The translations under genes and the position numbers were made by a program. Shown here piece after piece: positions 50,201 to 63,995 of a DNA stretch of 64,000 nucleotides. This DNA comes from Anthoceros angustus (taxonomy: Eukaryota; Plantae; Anthocerotophyta), in NCBI GenBank assembly GCA_010909165.1, contig MU008163.1, positions 1,054,001 to 1,118,000 on the forward strand, written 5' to 3'. The notes beneath the pieces were generated by a model that saw only the letters and a list, made by a program, of their open reading frames with translations, ran no database searches and was not told the DNA's origin. Each line of letters opens with the position of its first letter. The stretch's first letter is position 1.

Positions 50201-52483
50201 TGTTCGTCGCCCGGTGGAGTCCTCCGAGGTATACCCTTGTAGTGCTCACGGTTTCCCACAATAGGTGTCCTTGCTCCGGTGATAGCAACCCTCCCTTCTC
50301 GCACCTTAGGGTCCCGTCCACGAAGTGAATCTCCTTCCTTCCAAAGTGTAGCTTGCAGGCCAACCCACCATGGCAACACCTCATACCCTAATGGTCCGGC
50401 GGTTTGATCACAACAAAATCCGGTTTGTAGGGTGCCGGCTATGGTGGCCAAGACTCGGTTAACTCCCGCGGATCTCTTCTTGACATATACGCCATTCTCG
50501 AGTCTTCGTTGAGGTTGAAGGATGTGAAGCCCAATTTTCGTGCCGGTGATGAGGTTGACTCGGACCCGTGTCCAGCGGTACATCCTTGATGATACATCCA
50601 ATCTCCACTTGTACCACTGGCGGTCGTATGGGACACCACCCTCACTTCCAGTGCTACCCTTCACGGCTTTGGTGCTCACCGGTGGGTTTCCCTAACGGCC
50701 AGCGGACCTCTTGTATTTGGGTTATCCCTCGGGTGTCGAAAGGACACAAGGTCTGGCGATTCATCATCGGTCGCCACATTAAAGGCGAGGCTTCTACCCC
50801 AATCGAGGATCCTGCTGCTGCGTCCTCATCCTCTCCCGGTCACGTGTTACGGTATTCTCCGGATGCTTGCGCATCTCCTGCAACATCTCGGTCACCTCCG
50901 GACTACGTCCGTGGAAGCTAACGTCGCCGTCGAGGCACCGTTCCTTCTCCACTGTCTGCGGAGAACTTCCTTGGGTAATCCCTCCGTGAGCTGCCGTCCA
51001 GCCCTCCTTCATCGGTCGGATCCTCTGCTGGTATTTGGTTTGATTGCCTTCCTCGGCGTCCGTGGCGCTTCCTCCGATCTTGTTCTTCTTCCTTCTCGCT
51101 CCTTCCTTGACTACAGTAGACACCTCAAGATTTCCATGACTCCTTCCTTCGACACCCCCGTACCTTCTTGTTCTTTTCCATCTCGCGTACCTCACAGGAA
51201 TCTCTTCCTCCGCCAGAGCATCTTGACTTGCCGTCCTGCCGGTCTTAGGAGGTGGCGTTGGTGGTCGGGGTTCTCCGCTTGGTGTGGCATATGCGTCCTT
51301 GCGGGGTTGGGACATAGCGTCTTGCTGTCATATGCCCTTGCATCGCCCACTGTCGAAGTCCCCATTACCCTCGTTGAGTGCGGACACGCGTTGGAGTAAT
51401 GGATTCCGTTCCAACAGACCACGGCCGTCGGAGGATACGAAGGGCTCCCATGCGGTCTTTGCATCGGTGGGGCCCGTTGTATTGGACCTCCGGTTGGCGG
51501 ATACATGGTTTTGGGATATCGCGGCCCGGAGGGGCTTCACCACTGATAGGCCTCTTCCCATTGCTCCTCGGCCTCCTCCTCGTATTCGTAGTCCACTTGA
51601 TGCACCGGCCTTGAGGCGGTTGGACTTCGAATGGCGTGTTGGCACACGGCACACGTCGTTCGCCGTGTCGGTGTTTTCCGCGCTCGGTCCTTAACACAGT
51701 TTATCGCGGTCCTCTACTCTCTTTATCACTTTTCCAGTCCTCCCGGACTGCTACCTCCTTTGAGGGAGTCTGAGCTTCTCGGACGGTCTTGGTGTCACCA
51801 CCTCCTTCTTACCACTTCTTTTTTGGCGGGGCCTTCTTGCTCTTCTTCTTGGGGATACTCTTCCTCGCTAGAGACCTCCGTCTCTTCTTGGACTGCTCCT
51901 CCTCAGAGACACCTCGATTGGTCTTCCTCCTCCTCAAGACTCTTCCTCCTCGGAGTCGAACCCGTTTCTTCTTCTTCTTCTTGCCTCCTTGAGCGGTTCT
52001 TTATCCTCGATGTAGCGATTCCTCGTAGTTTTCGGCCGCTCGACCGCCTTGCCCGTCCTTCTCGGCCGGCGGGGCGTGCAGCCATGGGTTTGGCTAGACG
52101 CCGCGAACCACCGTCGCTTGCATCGTGGTATGGGTTGGATGCCGATCCCTCGGGGCATAGAACCGCTCGATGTCTGAGCCCGGCTTCTCCTTCTTCCCTC
52201 GATTTTCCAACTTTGATAATACATACCCCTCTGGTCGATCCCTCGAAACCGTTCTAAGAAGGCATTTTCAAAGCTTCAAGCGAGGGTGGGGCATTCTCCG
52301 GTGGTCGGTACTTTCTCCGATACCATTGAGCGGTTGTCCTCGGAGAACCCCTTGGAAAAATTTGGATGAGTGCGACTCCCTCTCCGTTGAAGTTGGCTTT
52401 GGACGAAGTCCTCCACAAAGGTCTCGCATCCGCTCCTTCTTCCCTCCGAATATGGAGTCGCTTGTTTGGTCGGTAGGGGCCAT
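47300..52483 (-). pseudogene. gag-pol polyprotein (frameshifted as sequenced)
   Basis: gag knuckle-like CWNGIHYSNACP; protease ILDxG (~50800); RT PIVVVPKK, DGYSGYNQ, DKTTFTTEWG, xxDDF; RNase H HVYVD..DYPVYYA; integrase GIDFVGP, GTHFLN. Confidence 0.88.
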
Positions 52484-52750
52484 GGCTGCGCCATCGATGG
52501 GTTAGGCGTGGGCATCCTACCTTCTTCCGTTGGCGTCCCTGTACCCGTACTCGTCTTGGTCCGACAATTCGACCACGTTCTCCCTCCTCGATCGTGGTGC
52601 TCTCGTTGGGTTTGGCGTCTCTCCCTCTCCACGGCTCGGAGAGCGAGTGACCACGTCCGATCCTCTGACGGTTCACTCTTGACCGCTCGCCACGCATTCA
52701 CTTACCTTCTCTTCCTAAGGGCGCACTGCGGCACCACGGCCGATTTCATT

Positions 52751-52762
52751 CCCGCAGCGCCA
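52751..52762 (-). other. Primer binding site
   Basis: Minus-strand TGGCGCTGCGGG, 3 nt from the CA end of the 5' LTR; cognate tRNA not determined. Confidence 0.75.
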
Positions 52763-52765
52763 AAA

Positions 52766-55700
52766 TGTGGCGGGACTTTGATGGCGGTGGCGCGCACAAT
52801 CCGTGTCGTTGTAGGAAGAAGTCCGTTCCCAAAGGGAATGATAGGCCCGTTTACGCGTTTGGTGATTCTTACCGTCCTTAGCGCTCGTTCGGTCTCAACA
52901 CACATACTCTAACTACTCTGGCGTTCACCGTCAGGCCGGCCAAGCGTTTGAGACCCGTTCGCGTCCGTATCGTTCACCATCCTCACGCATCGATCCTTTC
53001 CTCTCTCCCTCACGCTACACTCTTGTCTTAGAAAAAGCGGGTTCTGTGATCCGGACCTCCTCGTCGTTCGGGCCTCTCGTCCGGGCTCTACACACCCTCC
53101 GGAGTTCCTCCGGCTCACGCGTTCCGGTCGGTGTCGGACGCGGCTCGGGGCACCGCGGATCACGGTCACCCTTCCTGCACACACCACAGCGTTAAGTCGT
53201 CACGGGACCTTGATCAATCTCCCGTGCACCTTTCGTGACTCGGGACTCACGTTAGCAAGAAGACTCACAAAGGTGCAGAGCAGCATCAACACCAGAGAAA
53301 GATGCTTTACTAGGCCTCGGCCCTCTTATCTGCGCCCAAGGTGGCGTCTTTATTACCCCTACGGGCGATAGCTCGGTATACCTAATCGACGCCTACCCCT
53401 ATCCCCTATCTCCTTCTTGTTGTGGTGGGAAGGTCCTGCCTCGGAATGGGTGGTCAATCCCCGTCAGCGGTTGTGGTGCACCAATCGGATGATCCGTAGG
53501 CGGGCCCCTCTCTCCGGAATCACATCGGGTTGGGCTCTGGCGGTCGACAGCCGTTACCACGCATCCTCCCCAGCCTCCCACAGGTCCTTCGCCATTGTGG
53601 GGAAGGTCCAGGCCCGCCTCGGAATGGGTGGTCCAATCCCGTCACAGCGGTTGTGGTGCACCCAATCGGATGATCCGTGAGGCGGGCCCCTCCTCTCCCG
53701 GAATCACAGTCGGGTTGGGCTCGTGATCGGCGGTTACCACGGCGTCATCCTCCCTGGCCTCCCACAGGTCCTTCCGGTGGGGCCACCTATCGGCTCCCCT
53801 AAGCGTAAGTCGAAGGGGCTCCTCCTTCTCTGCCCGGTCCCGGTCCTGTCACTCCGACTCGAGAGTCGGCTTCACAGGTCCGGCCGGCTAGGTCGACCTT
53901 GTCTCAGGGGTCCGGACCTCGGGGTCGGTTGTCGGACTTGGTCCGGACTTACAGTCCGGACTTGAGGTCGGACTTATTGAGTCAGGTCGGACTTATTCAG
54001 GTCCGGACTTGAGTCCGGCCTCCCGGGACAAAGTCGGACTCACCGGGTTTCCTCCCTCACGGGACTCCTCAGTGGCTCTCCTCCAGGCTGTTCCCGATCG
54101 GGTGGCTCCGTTGGCCCCTCCTTCCATGGTGAGGTGCGGGTGCTTACCTCGCATCCGCGCTCCCTGGTTCCTCCTCCCGGTTGCTCCTCTCCGCGCTCCG
54201 TCATCTCCAAGCAGGGGCCACTAGGGTCCTGTCATCCCGTGGCCTTCATCTCCCAGGCCTTCCGAGTCCGTCGTGGGCGTGAAGGCTTCTCGCCAGGCTC
54301 GGTGGTAATAGGCAAAGTCAGATCGACTTGTTGGTGCCTCTTCCACGTGTGCGGGCACCGATACTCCCTCCGCCATAAGTGTTAGGGTGGCGTCTTTGCC
54401 CGGCTTGTTGGGCCACTCTCTGCCCGGTTGTGGTGGGGCCGTATCACGCGAGGCTACAAGGCGGCCTCGGTCACCTCCTGCAGTGCCTGTTGCTCCGCTC
54501 CGGCTCGTCGTTTCCTTTCCCGCCACTTACCGCCATAGCGCGTTCCCTTCCGCCTTTCTCGGTGGACCGGCTTCTTTTACGCTTCCGGTGCTCGCTCCGT
54601 TCATTACGGCCTTTAGCTCCGCTCCTCTCCAGTGATCGGATACCTCCGTCCAGGCTCGGACTTCCTCCGGCTCATGGCACAGCGTCCAACTCCTTGGATA
54701 GTCGCCGATTTTCCTCCGTCTTGACGGGCGGACTCTTTTGTGCTCGAGTCGTGGATTCTCGTTGAGAATCACTGCTGCTCCGACGCATCTTGGGTTGTAG
54801 CTCCAGTGTCCTTCATCCTCCATCTGCTGCGCCTCCTCTACCTCCTGCGGTACTCGGAGATCCTCTATCTCCCGAGTCTTGGCCTCCACTCCATAGCGCC
54901 TTTGTCGCCTTGGGTCAACCTCATTTTCTGACTCTCCACCACGGTTCGATCCGTCTGTGATCCGGTCGCTCTTCGCTTGAGCTCGCCGCCGCCTTTACGG
55001 CCTCGCCCACTTGGCCCTCTGGCCGGGCCGCCTCCAGTCCGAGCTCTCTGCTTGTGCCGGGCCTCTTCCGCCTCTCTGCGCTTCCCCTCTTCTGCAAGGT
55101 CCTCCCGCTTGGCCTCTGAGCTTGCTTCAGGTGAAGAGAACTTAACCTTGATCTGCTGAACCGCGGGCCTCGCGCTCCGCCACCCGGCGTTTCCCTTCCT
55201 CGATCCGGCGAGGGACTCCGCCTTTCCTTTGCCCTCGGCCGCCTTCACTTGCTCTTGGGTTCCACCATCCTCCTCGGGTGGCCTCCACTTCAGGTCTTCT
55301 CATTTGCACGAGACCCCAAAGCATTCCGTCCATGGCGGTGGCAGGACTTCGCCGTGTTTCTTCCACGGCCGAGTGAGGCCCCACAAAGTCCGTAGTGGGA
55401 GCCGGCATTTCTCGATCCGCCAAGGACCTCCATCCGATCCGGAGTAAGTCGGTGGGTTCTCGGACCTAATCGGGACCCTCGGGTCACAGAGTGGTGGTCC
55501 AGTCTCACCCTCTTGGCCCTCTTGGCCTCTAACTCCTTTGTGCCCTCTTTCTCACAGGGCTCGGAGGAGGTGAGGGGTCAGGAGCAAGCTCTTTTGCCCC
55601 TTCACAGCCGGGGCAGGGGCCGGCTCGAGGTGGGCTGCGCGGTGACCTCCAGCTCCTTGCGTCCCTTCTGCTCCTTACCGCCTCTTGACCTCTTGCCACT

Positions 55701-57268
55701 CCGTGGGCGGGGGAGTGGCACCTTCGAGGTCTTTGCGTTGGTAAGCGGCTTTGCCTCTTGGCTCTTGCTGAGTTCGTCGGGGCTCGGCGGTGTCGTTGTT
55801 ATTGTTGTTGCCGTCTGCGGGGCCGCCCTCGGCATCGACTCCCTCTGCTTGCTGCTCGGAGGGCACCAAAAGGAGGAAGGGGAATCGCCTCCCAAACTTC
55901 CACAGGTGGTGAGGGGTTCGCTCAGGTATGGAGTCAGGAATCCCTCGATCGTCCTCCTCCAGTCGCTTGGTCTTGAAGGGCGACCCCCACCTCAGGCGCC
56001 CTTGCACGCTCTACAGCGGGGCCTCCTTCCGGGCGCCGCTCAAGCTCTCCTCCTTGAGCTCGAAATGTCCCCATACATGAATCGGTATGGGGATCGATAA
56101 GAGGCTTCTCGCTCCTTAGCTTGCGTGCCTCTGGCCCAGGTGAGATAATCCTTCCCAGTCCGCTCTCTTCCCATTGGCGCATGCGAGAATACACCAGTTA
56201 TCACCAAGGTGATCCACCTTGGTGGCGAGTTCAATGGACAATGATCCGGGCTACCGCCCTTAATCCGGCGGATCGGATATCAACCATCCGTTGGTTGTCG
56301 CTGCGTTCGAGCCTCGGCGCCGGTGGGCCCTATCTTCCCTTCGCCTTAAGGGCTCGGCACCGCCCCTTCTTCCTCCTTGAGCGGTTGTAGGCCATCCTCG
56401 GGACCTCAAGGTCCATCGCCTCGAGTCCTCCGGAGGTTCTTGGATCGGACCTCCTTGTTGATCGCCCGGCATCTTCGGGCAAACTCCGGACTAGATAGCG
56501 TTGTCAAGGTCCGAGACCATTTGGAACACGTCCGGATGCCACTCACCAATTCCCCACTTCCTCCGGCCGGGCGAAGTCCGGATAGCGCGGGTCACAATGT
56601 TGCGCTCCACGGTCCATGGCTCCCACTCCGTCGGCTTTTGGGTGCCATTGCTTCTCCTCCTCTTGTTCTTTGTAGGCTGGCGGTCGGCCGGCACGATGTT
56701 CCTCCTTGCGTTCGTTGCTCCAACCTTGGGCGTGCGCTCTAAGGCGCGCCCAAAAAAGCGCGAGCCGGATTGCGGGCGCAAGGGGCTGAGGTCTGCGGGC
56801 TGCGGACCTCCCTCCTTGGCGCGCTTGTGCTTCTGGGCGGAAGGCGCCTCTTCGTTGTCCATGCGCGAGTGCATGGCTTACTCGACCCTCGCCCGCCTGC
56901 GGCCTTACGCGCCGCGGCCGCGGGCGTGAATACCTGCCTGCGGCCTCGCAGGTTACAGTCTGACCTCAGCATGCCGACCTCCACTCGGGGCCGTCCGCGT
57001 GGCGCCGCCGTCATCCTCACGCCTCGCTCCTAGGTTACTTTCACTGGCGTACTTATCCTATTTTGACACTGGGTGGGTTCCGGACTTATCCGTTACTCGG
57101 CGTAGTCAGCTTGCCATAGTAATGCGGGGTCCGTTGTTCACTCAGTCGGAGTATACTCGAGCCTCGTCCGGCGCTACCCCAATTTATTCCTCCTTTTCCG
57201 CCTTATTTATCCTTCAATCCTAAAAAAGCGAAACCCTACTTATTTCCCTGCTCCCGAGTGCATAGCCC
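52766..57268 (-). repeat. 5' LTR (~4.5 kb), with an extra ~175-bp internal duplication (~53420-53780)
   Basis: Aligns with 42999-47270; the terminal ACA and TSD at ~57269 are missing or garbled. Confidence 0.88.
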
Positions 57269-57984
57269 TGATTTGCGCCACCAAGATCGTCAGCGGAAGG
57301 GGTGTGTCCGGAGGTTGATATGCATCGGGGCATCACCACCTTTTCTCGCATGCCTTCATTTACAACGTCACCGAGGCCTTTGTGTACTATTGATTTTATG
57401 TCTAATAAGCGGTGCATTCGAGGTGCTCGAGCTTGCAATGCCATCGTGAGGGCGTGCCACTTTGCATTGGTAGCGGAAAGGTTCGGATGGTTCTTGTAGA
57501 ACATATGCATTCATCTTTGAGCCTCGGACATTCGGCAAATTGTGGTAGTGGACATGCATGACTCACGCATGGAGATCGTAGGTTTTCAAATACACATGTA
57601 TGTGACGGCATGAGCATTAGGCAATTTTGGAAATTGTGTTTTGTGAGAGGACTTGGAAGTTTGACATGCCTAGTGATGGCTTTTGGGCTTGCATGGTATA
57701 TGCACAAGCTTAGGGGACTACATTTTGTGTTCGGATCAAAAACCCCTCATACTTCATACACTCATGTGTCAGCGGTGGTAGATAAGCGGCACTTTCGAAA
57801 AGTGACCTTTCAAACCTTGCTACCAGTTGTCCTTTTAGAAGTTATAGAACATCAAGCCATTCGTGTGCAACAGAGCTCCGCCCAACTAAGGGCAACGGGG
57901 TTCAAATCACAACTCGATTACATAGTTCGTTCCTTAAGCATGCAGTTGGTGGCCCTCAACCCGGTTCCTATGGTGCTAGCAGGA

Positions 57985-58120
57985 CATGGCGCCTCCGGAT
58001 CTGATGCCCGGCTACTTGGCCCCATATGGCACATCGTAACATGCCCTCCGGATCTGGTAACCAGCTACTTGGCCCCATGTAGCTGCCGCCATGCCCTCCG
58101 GATCGTGACGTGGCTACTTT
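57985..58120. repeat. ~50-55-bp degenerate tandem repeat x3 (CATGCCCTCCGGATC..GCTACTTGGCCCCAT)
   Basis: Direct observation. Confidence 0.75.
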
Positions 58121-58521
58121 GCATGCCCCGCATGCTACACACGAGAGAGAGGGGTTTTGTACAACAGCGGTCTTGTACCAACTTTGCTTGGGTGAGCGAA
58201 ATTTGTCCGGTTACAAAGGCGTGAACAAGATTTGTCCTACAAAGGGCAAATGTATCCGAGGACATGGCGCGTTATTGATGAGGCAGACTCGGGAGGCGTC
58301 ACGGTAGAAGCGGTCGAGCCGTTGGGCGAGACCGTTCTAGGGCCGTCGTTGACAGCGGGGAGGCGGCCGGTGGGGCGAGGCAGCCTACCACTCGACGAGG
58401 CGGTGGCGGGAATCTGTCTATCTTTTAAATTGCCTTGTGCAACCACTTTAAAATCTTTCTCTCTCTTTCACGGTTTTCACTTTCGCCCGAGTTTTCACTT
58501 TCACGCTTTTCGTTTGCCTTT

Positions 58522-60250
58522 TCACGGTTTGGGATTTATCCTTTCTAACTTTCTTCTTGCGTTGAAGGGGTGTACCGGCGATTTCGGATCACTCTGTCTT
58601 GAATAATACTTCTTTCTTTGTTCATTATACGGTCCGGAAAGAAAGTTAATCATTTGAAAATTTTCAAGCAGGAATATTTTGAGGCAATGGTAAATATCGG
58701 ATATACATATAATTTCACCCTGTAAATATGATATACTAACCTCAAATAGTGCAAACAACTCCTTTTGATTCTTGATAACTACAAACAAAAAAGCGAGTTA
58801 ATATTTTACCTCCATTTCAAGTCGAAGAAGATCTTGCTCGGTAAATACCTTTCTCACTAATGTGAGGCAATGGCTGTGAAGATTTCCCACACTACGGAAA
58901 TGTGATTGGGCGTTACGCAAAGTATCAACTTGAATTTGCATATTTGGTAAATACCAATATTAATATTTTCCTTGTTTACATACGTATTCTGAACTAACCT
59001 TTTGAATGTTTTTGTAGTTTCGGATCTTCCATGAGTCAACAAGTGCATGGTTTTAGCTCCTTATTTTCAATGGCTGTGATATTTCTACATTACCAAAACA
59101 CAAATTTCATTAGTACTACATAAAGATTCAAATAAACTATTAAAACAATATAAACCGATAACACTTACTTTTGGATCTCCATGTCTTGCTCTAGGGTTGT
59201 CTCGACCCATCTTCATTGCGATTGGCTGCTGGATCTTTGAGGCTATGTTCCCAAATGGGAACATATCTATTTTAAAATCTTGGAAGACTTGTGGATCTTG
59301 AAAGTTATCCATCCATTTTCCAAAGTCGACAAATTCTTCGATGGTCCATACGTTGGTGCATTATCTTGACTTTTTTCCTCTTTTGTCCTTTGAAAAGCAG
59401 TAATTAGTAAATACTAGTTACAAATATACTAATTATTAATTACAAATATACAATAGCAATTACGATGAGATATGGGTGTTGTTGATTTTGTCCATTGCTT
59501 CAATTTTCTCCTTAATTTCCTTGCGCAACTTGTGTTGACACTCATAAACAAATACATTAGTACTTATTTGTAAACAAATACATATAATACTAAGTGTTAT
59601 TGTTTACCTCAAAATCGATGAATTGAGATCGATGTCCATTAAACCTCGGACCAGTCATTGTTTCCAACTCTAATTGAGTGTTGTTGGAGATTCTTCTTAA
59701 TATCCTGTAACCATATACAACCGTAGTAAGTTGCCGATACCTATATTTCCGTTCTATAGTCCTAGAGGAAGTTGCAGAACCAAGTCTTTACCTTTTTAAT
59801 TTTTTCGAGTTGGACAGGCACCTGGCAAAGGAGCTGCAAGTCCTTTTTGTCCATTGATGTGAACATAGTGTGCTCCGTGAGTACTGTAACAAAGATATAG
59901 AGTTAGAAATGTTGACAGTAGATTCAATTCAGATAATTGTAATGTACTACCTTTCTCAACTATCTTTCGTATCTCAATGAGAGGATTTGAACTTGACTGT
60001 CATCATATCCTGGATCCCCATGGGTGAACATGGTTGTTCGATCGCCAGCTGTTAAGGTTTGTTGGGTCTCTACTATTGTGGTCGCTTTCTGGAGAAACAG
60101 TCATTTTAGCCATGGATTCATCAACCACAAAATGGATTTGGCGGCTGTAGGTAGAAATTATCATTACCTTCTTGGATGTCGACCATATCATCGTTGCTTT
60201 CATTCTCGGATGCCATTCTGAAAAAAAAGCATCGGTCAGGCTAATGTACA
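58522..60250 (-). pseudogene. Multi-exon AT-rich gene remnant, possibly CACTA TnpA-like
   Basis: Short open segments separated by AT-rich stretches with GT donors and CTAAC branch points on the minus strand; HYVHINGQKG resembles Transposase_24 weakly. Confidence 0.25.
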
Positions 60251-62139
60251 CAAAACAACGCTCAAACTTGAACAAGTTGGGTACATACAAGCGTTGTTAC
60301 AGACCTGTAATCAGTTTGTTGGGCGTGGTCGGGCGTAACCTGCGCTGGTATCTTTGTGTTGTGTGTGACTGTGTGGGGCACTGGTCGAGGTATGCTTGCG
60401 CAAGAACTATTACAGAGTCACGTAGCTGGGCAAGACACATAAGAAGGAGTCAAAACCCGAAACAGAGACATACCGAAGCAAAAGACATGGTTAGCTTATC
60501 TTGACGGCAGGCGGTTGGTGTTGCTGGTGGTTACTCTCGATGTTGGGCTCAGAGGGGATCTTTGTGAAGACTGTTGCCTGTCAAGACGGACTATTGCCTT
60601 TGTTTGGATTGAGTGCGGCCTGGGTCGGGTATGCGAATGAGCGTTGGGAGAGGTGGAGAACAAGCGCACAAAGAAGGTACAAAGGGTGTAAGCCCAAAAC
60701 CCAATCCAGGCCGCACCATACTAAGGAGATCAGCTGGGGGTGTGGCCGATCGCGCAGGAAAAGTGGGCGGGACCAGCGGCTGGGGGTAGTGGTTTAAATA
60801 GGGACAAGTTAGGCGTTAGGATGCTTCTTGGCGGGAGGCCACGGCTTCGAGGGTTGAACCGCGCCCGCCTTTCGGTCGGATGGGATGAAGAAGGTAAAAT
60901 TAGGTTTGGTGAGCTTAACTAGGTTTGGAAGGTGGGCGGGTCACAATCAAGACCTAGGGTTTGGAGTTAGGTTTGGAATTCCAGGTTTGGTAAATTCAAA
61001 AAGCAGTAGCAGTGTGGAAGAGAGAAGCTAGGGTTTCTTTGGCAGGGTCTTACTTTCGGGTCTAAAGTCTTTTGGTAGGCTCAGAAGGCCAAGTTACAGC
61101 GCTTTTCTTTGTGTACGACTCTTCATATATACGTGAGGATGTCATTGTAGTTACCGCTTCATGGGCGTGCTTCACGTTAGGGTCTTTGCGAAGTCTAAGG
61201 TCTCGGATGCGAGGCGACCTATGGCAAATGGCGCTTCTGAAAGCGCTTGTGCGGCGGAACCGTTAAAAAAGCCAGCGTGGGTGAAGTTGATCTTCTGCCG
61301 GTGTTGTGTTTTCGTCGTTGTTCCTTCGGGGCCCTTTCTTCACTCTTTGGTTGAGCATGTGTTTTAGTCTTAATTCCTTCCTTTTCAGTAGTCCAAGAAG
61401 CTTGAGGCTTTGCTCAAGGAGAGAGTCAGTTCTAGTTTACTTTCTATGGTTCTTTAAGGCTCTTGTCCGAATGACAGGCCTTCTTTGTAGCTGTCGAAGT
61501 CCAAGTTGGTCAAGTTTTTGGTCCAAGGTTCTTTAACCCTCTTAAAAGGTTAAGGTTTCACGTCCTTTGTTCAAACTCCAAGGTTTTGTTAAGTTTCCTT
61601 CAAAGCCAAGGTTGTGTTTCTGCTGTTGAAGGTTGGTTTTCAAATGAAAGAGGTTCGTAGGTCCGAAGGTGAGGGTGTCTTTGCTCCTGGTTGTTTATCC
61701 GAAGGCTTTTGTTGTCCAGTTTGATGGCTTTGCTATCAGTTGTATTATGTTCGCGGAATATTGCCGCGGTGCGATTGTTTTGGTGCGCCAACACTTCTCT
61801 AGTTGTTTCAGGCCACAGTATTTGAGCCTGTGCGCCAGTGCTTTTGAGCGCTAGTGTCTTCAGGTCCAGTACTTCTCAGCGCTAGGACTTCTAATTCTTG
61901 TGCTTTTTAGCGCTTGGTTGTTAACGCTCGTCTATTTAGTGGTTGTGTTCTCAGGTTAGTGTGTCTTAGCTCTGGACTGTGCAGTTGCTTTTGTGTTTCC
62001 ATCGTTGCAGTTATCAGTTTGGAGTTTTGTTCCTTGGTTGCGTTCTGTGATTTGCATGTTGCTATGTGTCTGGTCCTTGCAAACATCTTTGATTCGAACT
62101 CATGTTTGTGTGGTGTGTTTTTTGTTTCAGTGAAGTACT

Positions 62140-63460
62140 GGCTGGGAGACGCTCAGATGTATAAGACGTTTTCTCGACGTAAGAACATTGGTTCATTGCT
62201 CATATGTCTGAGGTGTATGTCTCTGTGGTTTATTGTCCTACTTGTGTCGCATTGTTGTGTGACCTTTATTTTCCGCCCGGTTTGCTGCATTTTTGTTTTG
62301 TGTCGCTTTCTTTCCCATGCATGTGTGTCGATGTTATTTTGCGTAAGTCGATGTTGTATGTTCTTTGTTGTTTACAACAAAACTAATTGAACTGTGACCG
62401 ATGCTTGGACTAGAAACTACATAAGCTGATCGTTGTTTTTTCTAAGCTTGGTGTGTTATTAATTATCTTTTCCTTATCTGGTTGTGTGACTTTCATCAAG
62501 TCTGAGTTCAATTTGTTTTATTGTTTTGGACTTGATTGTGTTTGGTTGTTTTTTTCAGGTGAATCATACATTTTCTTAGCGAGACTGAAATTTGGAACAA
62601 GATCTGAGTCCGTCACTCGCCAACTGTGGTATGTTGCATGTCTATCAATCGTTTGTGTCTATGGCTCTCTGGCTGTGTCATGTTTGCAGGTCTTTTTGTG
62701 GTCTATTGGTACATGTGTTTTGTTTGTGTTATATATCGCTTTCCGATGCCCATGTCCTTTTGATGTATGTTTTCGGCAATAAGAACATTGGTTTATTTGC
62801 TCGGATGTCTTGATTGTGTATATGCATCTTTGTTTTATTGTCCTATAAGGTTGCATTGTTGTGTGACCTTTTTATTTCTTTTGTCTTTCTGCATTTTTGT
62901 TTGTTTTGGCTCTTTTCTTGGCGGTTGTTTGTGTCATCGTTGCTACCTTCGATGTTGTATGTGTTCTTTGTTGTTTACAACCAAAACTAATTAGGTGTGT
63001 TCTGGACTAGCATAAGATGTTGTTGTTTTCTGGGCTTCGGTGTGTTATTAATTATCTTTTGCTTATCTGGTTGTGTGACTTTCTGTTAAGTCCTGTACAG
63101 GTTCAATTTGTTTTATTGTTTTGGACTTGATTGTGTTTGGTTGTTTTTTTCAGGTGAATCATACATTTTCTTAGCGGAAATTTGGAACAAGATCACGTCA
63201 AATCTCACTATTGTGGTATGTTGCATGTCTATCAATCGTTTGTGTCTATGGCTCTGGCCGTCATGTTTGCGTCTTTGTGGTCATTGGTATGTGTTATGTT
63301 TGTGTTATATGCTCGACCGCCTCCAGATGTCCTTGACGGTGTATGTTTGCATCCTGTCATTGTCTTATACACAGGCTTCTGCATTGTTGTGTGATATTTT
63401 TCTTTTGCTGCCTGTTTGCTGGATTTTTTGTGTTCGTGTGCGCTTTCCGCGGGTTGATTT
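62140..63460. repeat. ~590-600-bp degenerate tandem duplication of GT-rich sequence (~2.2 copies)
   Basis: TAAGAACATTGGTT at 62180 and 62780; TGTGTTATTAATTATCTTT at 62452 and 63041; GGACTTGATTGTGTTTGGTTG at ~62528 and ~63123. Confidence 0.85.
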
Positions 63461-63932
63461 GTCTGACTGTTGTTGCCCACTTTTGTGTCTGACTGTCTTT
63501 GTTTGTGTATGTTTGTTTTGATAAGGCCTCAAGGGCTTTTGAACGCATTTTTTCTTAATATTTGTTCAATTTGTACTAACTACTATGGGAACTCTTTTAT
63601 TTTGTAGGACTTGAAATTCAAGTTTGAAGGCTGTGGCAACATCTTTACTCTGGTCTGTTGGGGAATGAAAAAAGTTTTTGCTGAATGGTTTGTATGCATG
63701 TTCTGCTGTTTTCGTTGTGTTTTCTTTGGGGCTTCTTTGCTTTCTTTGTTCACTTCACATCTCACTCGCCAGAAAGGTTTTTTTTTGTTTCAGGAAGGGT
63801 TTTGGTATTTGTTCTCTCTAACATGGACGTAGCTGATCTCTCTAACATAAAGCAAAGGGGATTTACAAGAATAACAATGTATAGATTTAAGGAGTGTTCT
63901 GTGTTACATCTCCCACTGTCCTTTTCTCTTAG

Positions 63933-63995
63933 ATTGTCTTATAATCAACTGTCAGACCTTCCAGCAGGTTTTTATCTGGAATTCGCAAACACAAT
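63933..63995 (+). CDS. Possible single leucine-rich-repeat exon
   Basis: Pyrimidine tract + AG before, GTAAG after, 63 bp symmetric phase, encodes LSYNQLSDLPAG. Confidence 0.4.

Larger units (their letters stand above)
42999..57268 (-). mobile_element. Full-length Ty3/gypsy LTR retrotransposon with very long LTRs
   Basis: Paired LTRs, PBS, PPT, and gag-PR-RT-RH-IN order on the minus strand. Confidence 0.92.

Noticed and set aside
57269-57279. GCGCC at 57275 as the gypsy TSD
   Set aside because: It is offset from the LTR end and is better explained as host sequence; the true right TSD appears deleted.
57540-57550. Matching CACTA terminus (reverse complement CACTACCACAA) for 13546
   Set aside because: Flanking triplets differ (ATT vs GAC), there are no subterminal repeats, and it lies within coding-like sequence.
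61300-63850. Cys/Phe/Val-rich ORFs as membrane proteins
   Set aside because: Artefacts of GT-rich low-complexity, duplicated sequence.
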